36,441 nt of DNA from a virus (Duplodnaviria > Caudoviricetes), in IMG/VR virus record IMGVR_UViG_3300025018_000073, positions 1 to 36,441 of that record. The stretch is one strand, 5' to 3'. Numbering within the stretch: position 1 is the stretch's first letter; each line of letters begins with the position of its first letter. The translations under genes and the position numbers were made by a program. Below, one piece after another: positions 33,144-36,441 of this stretch. Below the pieces are notes generated by a model. The model saw nothing but the letters and a program-made list of their open reading frames with translations, was not told where the DNA came from and searched no databases.

Positions 33144-33506
33144 TTATCAATTGATCACTTGTTGAAATCTTTTTGTAAAATTTCTTAAAACTTCATCTTT
33201 ATTATCAATCAATCATTTTCTTAAAAATGATCTTGGTTGCATGTGTGCTGTGCCAAATTCCAAAAACTCTCAATATTCTGCCTCACCCTGTTTTGTACCA
33301 ATTATAAACTCAAATTTTGAAATCTCTTGGTAATCAATGGATTTTTTTAGATCTCATGTGACTTTTACTTTTATGTTTTTTGGCAATCTTTTTGGATCTC
33401 TTGGTGTGATCTCAATTATTTTTTCTTGTAATAATTGGATACTGTCAAGCAAAGCCATTGCCATTGCTCTGTCAACTTTTGCTGTATCCATTTTCATTTC
33501 TGACAT
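33144..33506 (-). CDS. HK97 gp10-like neck/tail component, 120 aa
   Basis: TP..TGDLKKSI..AEYGEFLEFGTAHMQPRSFLR. Confidence 0.85.
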
Positions 33507-33507
33507 A

Positions 33508-33873
33508 TTATTTTATTATTACATCAACTAAAAGCAATAAATGATCATCAACACCTCCAAATCATGGTGCTTTATTTGTAAACTTTACATCATACCATAA
33601 ATTGTCCTCATCCTTTATTTTATCTCAAATATTGATTGTTGGTCACAATTCAAGCCTTACTTGATGAGTTGTTTTTATATATTCAACTTTATTTTCAACA
33701 AAAGCATCATATCTTTGATTATTTAATAATAAAAGACATTTTATTCCTGTTGTGGTAACTGTTGGCCATGTTTTTGCAACTTCTCAAATATCATTTTGTG
33801 TTTCAACTTCTGCATATACTGAAATTGTTTTGTTGAAATCATTTTTAAAACTGCTTAAAAGACTTTTTCACAT
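33508..33873 (-). CDS. Head closure / head-tail adaptor, 121 aa
   Basis: QNDIGEVAKTW..INIGDKI..YDVKFV..DHL; position. Confidence 0.7.
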
Positions 33874-33876
33874 ATT

Positions 33877-34434
33877 CTATACAATTAAAGGATTTAAAGT
33901 TTTGTAATTATCCAAAGTTTCTCTGAAATCAACTCATTTTCCTCAAGCCATTTCATCTTTTGAAAAATATGTTTTGCTTAAAGTTTCAATTCTCTTTGAT
34001 TTAATATTTGCCTCATTTCATGATACTGGTGTATTATCCCAAAGATCCTTGCAAACCTCTAAACAAGCCTGCTCAATATCATAAATCTCTGCAAGTGTGT
34101 CATATCAAGCATTATACTCAATATATAATGTTGCATCATGATCATCTGGTAAATATATAATATTTCAATCAATTCTTGTATATGCCACATCTAATCAATC
34201 AACATTGTCATATTTTAATTTGACAATATCATTTACTGGTCAAATATTTACAATCAAAATATTATCTCAATCAACAACAATATACTCTGTATATTTTTTT
34301 GTTTCAAGATTATATCACAAATATTTATCAAATTGTTGAGTACATCTTTTGATCACTTTTGCCAAAATTACATCTGATGCTGTATCTACAATCCCCAAAT
34401 ATTCTTTTAATGTGGCAAGTGTTGTATATTCCAT
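33877..34434 (-). CDS. Head-tail connector (gp6-like), 185 aa
   Basis: YTTLATLKEYLGI..YNAGY..DIEQACLE..IKSKRIE. Confidence 0.8.
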
Positions 34435-34476
34435 TTTTAAATATAAAGTATTAAAAATTATTTTCTTTGTAATTAT

Positions 34477-34510
34477 ATAATACAAGGATGATTTTTTTTC
34501 TCAATGTCTT
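34477..34510 (-). promoter_or_regulatory. Late-type promoter AAGACA-TTGAGA-16bp-TATTAT
   Basis: Repeat motif upstream of the connector gene. Confidence 0.55.
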
Positions 34511-34513
34511 GTT

Positions 34514-35158
34514 TTAATATAATAATCATGCAATCTTATATGATAAAATTTCAAGATCTTTTTTCATTTCCTCATTACATGATCACATCTCATCTTTTGT
34601 ATAATCAATCCCAAAAAATCAAATTGGATGTGATTGTGCATCAAACAATCAAATTACAAAAATTGATTTTATATTTTGTTGTTTAAACATTTGATAAACT
34701 CAAAGATCCTCACATTTAAGATCCTCAATATCTTTAATGCACATTACTTGTTTTTGTAAAATTTTTAAGTTTGTAAATGCAAACATCCCAACTGGTAAAT
34801 TTTGCAAATCTTTTTGATTTTGTTGTATATTTTCATTTACAACCTCAAAAGTATTTGATGCCTTTAAAAAATCTATTCATGAAATTGAATGTCCACCATT
34901 GTGATACTCAAAAATATATGCCCTATCCCCTTTATATTCATATAATGCTTTATACAATAATTGATGTATAATTGTGCTTTTTTTTATTGTTTCTGGCCAT
35001 TTTTCTTTTAGATCTTTTGCATAATCTCTCACAATTTTACTCTCAAGTTTTTTATAATATAAATTTACTATTTTTGCCATATAATATAAAACAAAACCTG
35101 TAATTAAAAAAGTGATCCCATGGTTTTCAATCAAAATTATTGTATTTTCTATTGTCAT
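34514..35158 (-). CDS. Single-TM + GAF-like domain protein, holin-like (T4 T architecture), 214 aa
   Basis: TM GITFLITGFVLYYM; DRAYIFEYHNGG..SNTFEV..IKSIFVIGL..PIGFFGIDY. Confidence 0.65.
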
Positions 35159-35200
35159 TATAGAGATTTTTTAAAATAAAATAAGTGCATGGTATTATTT

Positions 35201-35941
35201 TTAATCAATAACAACATGGCCTTGTACTGTGACATGAAATTCTGTCAGTCCAATTAAATTATCTTGGATAATTATTTCTAATTGCTCATTTTTTTCTGGA
35301 TCTAATCTCACAACAACTCAATGATTTTCTTGTCAATTAAAGTGTTTTATTATTTTTAATCAATAAACTCATGATGGTGCTTTTGTATCATATTGTATAT
35401 ACTCACAATGATGTGAAAATTCACCATTTGTTTTTGCATTAAATATTGATTTAAAAACTCAATCTTTTTTTCTTAAAACAAGTCATTTTGCAAGTTTTGG
35501 TAATGATCAAAATAATCAATTATCCATTGGGGATCAACTTTCCATGTGAAAATTTACTTTTAAAATATCAAATTTCACATCCAATCAAACTGGTGTTACT
35601 CTAAAAACTTGTTTTGTTATCGATCAATCAATATTCATTTCTTTTGTTGTCCTTTGTGATGATGTATTTATTGTAAAACCATAATCAAAAGGTCTATCAA
35701 TTGTGACAACATTTCATGAAACACTTAAAACCTCTGCTTGGAAAAAATTTGATCACTCCTTTAAACACATTAAATTCCCACTTACAAATCAATGTCATGC
35801 AACAAATGTTGCTGTATATGTATCCATTACAACTGGTGAAGATAAAGTGACATTATTTAATAATTTACAAAAAAACACATCAACAATCTCTGATGATTGA
35901 TCTTGGATATATACATCATTTTTAATTATACCTTGTCTCAT
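35201..35941 (-). CDS. Putative virion accessory/decoration protein, 246 aa
   Basis: Beta-rich ORF in the head operon; QDQSSEIVD..GHGFVSG..VTIDRPFDY..FGSLPKLAKG..VQGHV. Confidence 0.6.
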
Positions 35942-35942
35942 T

Positions 35943-36227
35943 TTATGTTGTAATTATTCTAATATTATCATTTATTTCTGTTTCTGAAATAAAAGAAATC
36001 CTGTGTATATTATCTGTTTTTATTTCAAGATCATTTCATGGAAATAATTTATATCAATTTTCAACTGTTGCATTTTCTCAATTTTCAATATAAACATTAT
36101 ATTTTCAAAGGTTTTGTATTGTAAATCTATAAAAATTTACCTCTTTATCTGCTGTGAATTGATCATATTTTTTACCTCACAATAAAGTGTGTAATTTTGT
36201 TGATGTCAATGGTATTGATACCCTCAT
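35943..36227 (-). CDS. Small beta-rich putative virion protein, 94 aa
   Basis: IQNLG..VYIENG..ATVENGYKLFPG. Confidence 0.6.
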
Positions 36228-36249
36228 TTTTATAGATTTACAAAATAAA

Positions 36250-36441
36250 TTATTTTATTGGTGCTTTCGCATCAAGATCTTTATTTAAAATGTCTAATTC
36301 TGCATCAAGTCCACCATCTACATCAAGTCCACCATCAACTTCTGTATCAACTTCTGTATCATCTACATCAAGTCCACCATCAACTTCTGTATCAACTTCT
36401 GTATCATCTACATCAAGTCCACCATCAACTTCTGTATCAAC
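36250..36441 (-). CDS. 3' part of the junction-spanning acidic repeat protein (starts at 435)
   Basis: ..VDGGLDAELDILNKDLDAKAPIK* in frame with the repeat. Confidence 0.75.
   Translation of the reverse strand, partial: VDTEVDGGLDVDDTEVDTEVDGGLDVDDTEVDTEVDGGLDVDGGLDAELDILNKDLDAKAPIK

Noticed and set aside
1297-35900. Plus-strand ORFs in the supplied track
   Set aside because: They are antisense shadows of code-25 minus-strand genes, low-complexity F/L/I-rich, with no recognisable motifs
1-36441. Integrase/attP or partition module
   Set aside because: No tyrosine or serine recombinase or ParA motifs recognised in any code-25 frame, so lifestyle stays undetermined

Overview
Near-complete, circularly permuted genome (about 36.3 kb; the first and last 120 bp are identical) of a very AT-rich, siphovirus-like tailed phage. 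It uses genetic code 25 (TGA = Gly), which points to a Gracilibacteria or Absconditabacteria (CPR) host. The supplied ORF track is fragmented because it treats TGA as a stop. Retranslated by hand with TGA = Gly, essentially every protein gene lies on the minus strand. These include packaging/head genes (TerS, TerL, portal, MuF with a C-terminal HExxH peptidase, XkdF-type protease, scaffold, major capsid), neck and tail genes, a TM+GAF holin-like gene and two papain-fold peptidases. An early region holds RecT/Bet, a PD-(D/E)XK nuclease, a replication initiator, an inactivated C5 methyltransferase, VRR-NUC, a 3D-domain protein and SSB. I saw no integrase, tRNA or CRISPR array. The most striking unexplained structure is regulatory. 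(1) The only plus-strand promoter I found drives a ~72-nt non-coding RNA whose 5' end is antisense, with G:U-compatible deviations, to the start-codon regions of five early genes. (2) A four-hairpin leader with complementary loops and a terminator sits in front of the replication initiator. (3) Two classes of 16-bp-spacer promoters separate early from structural genes. (4) A non-coding copy of the initiator's internal repeat/origin-like element lies about 12 kb away. All calls come from manual translation and motif recognition; no database searches were run.
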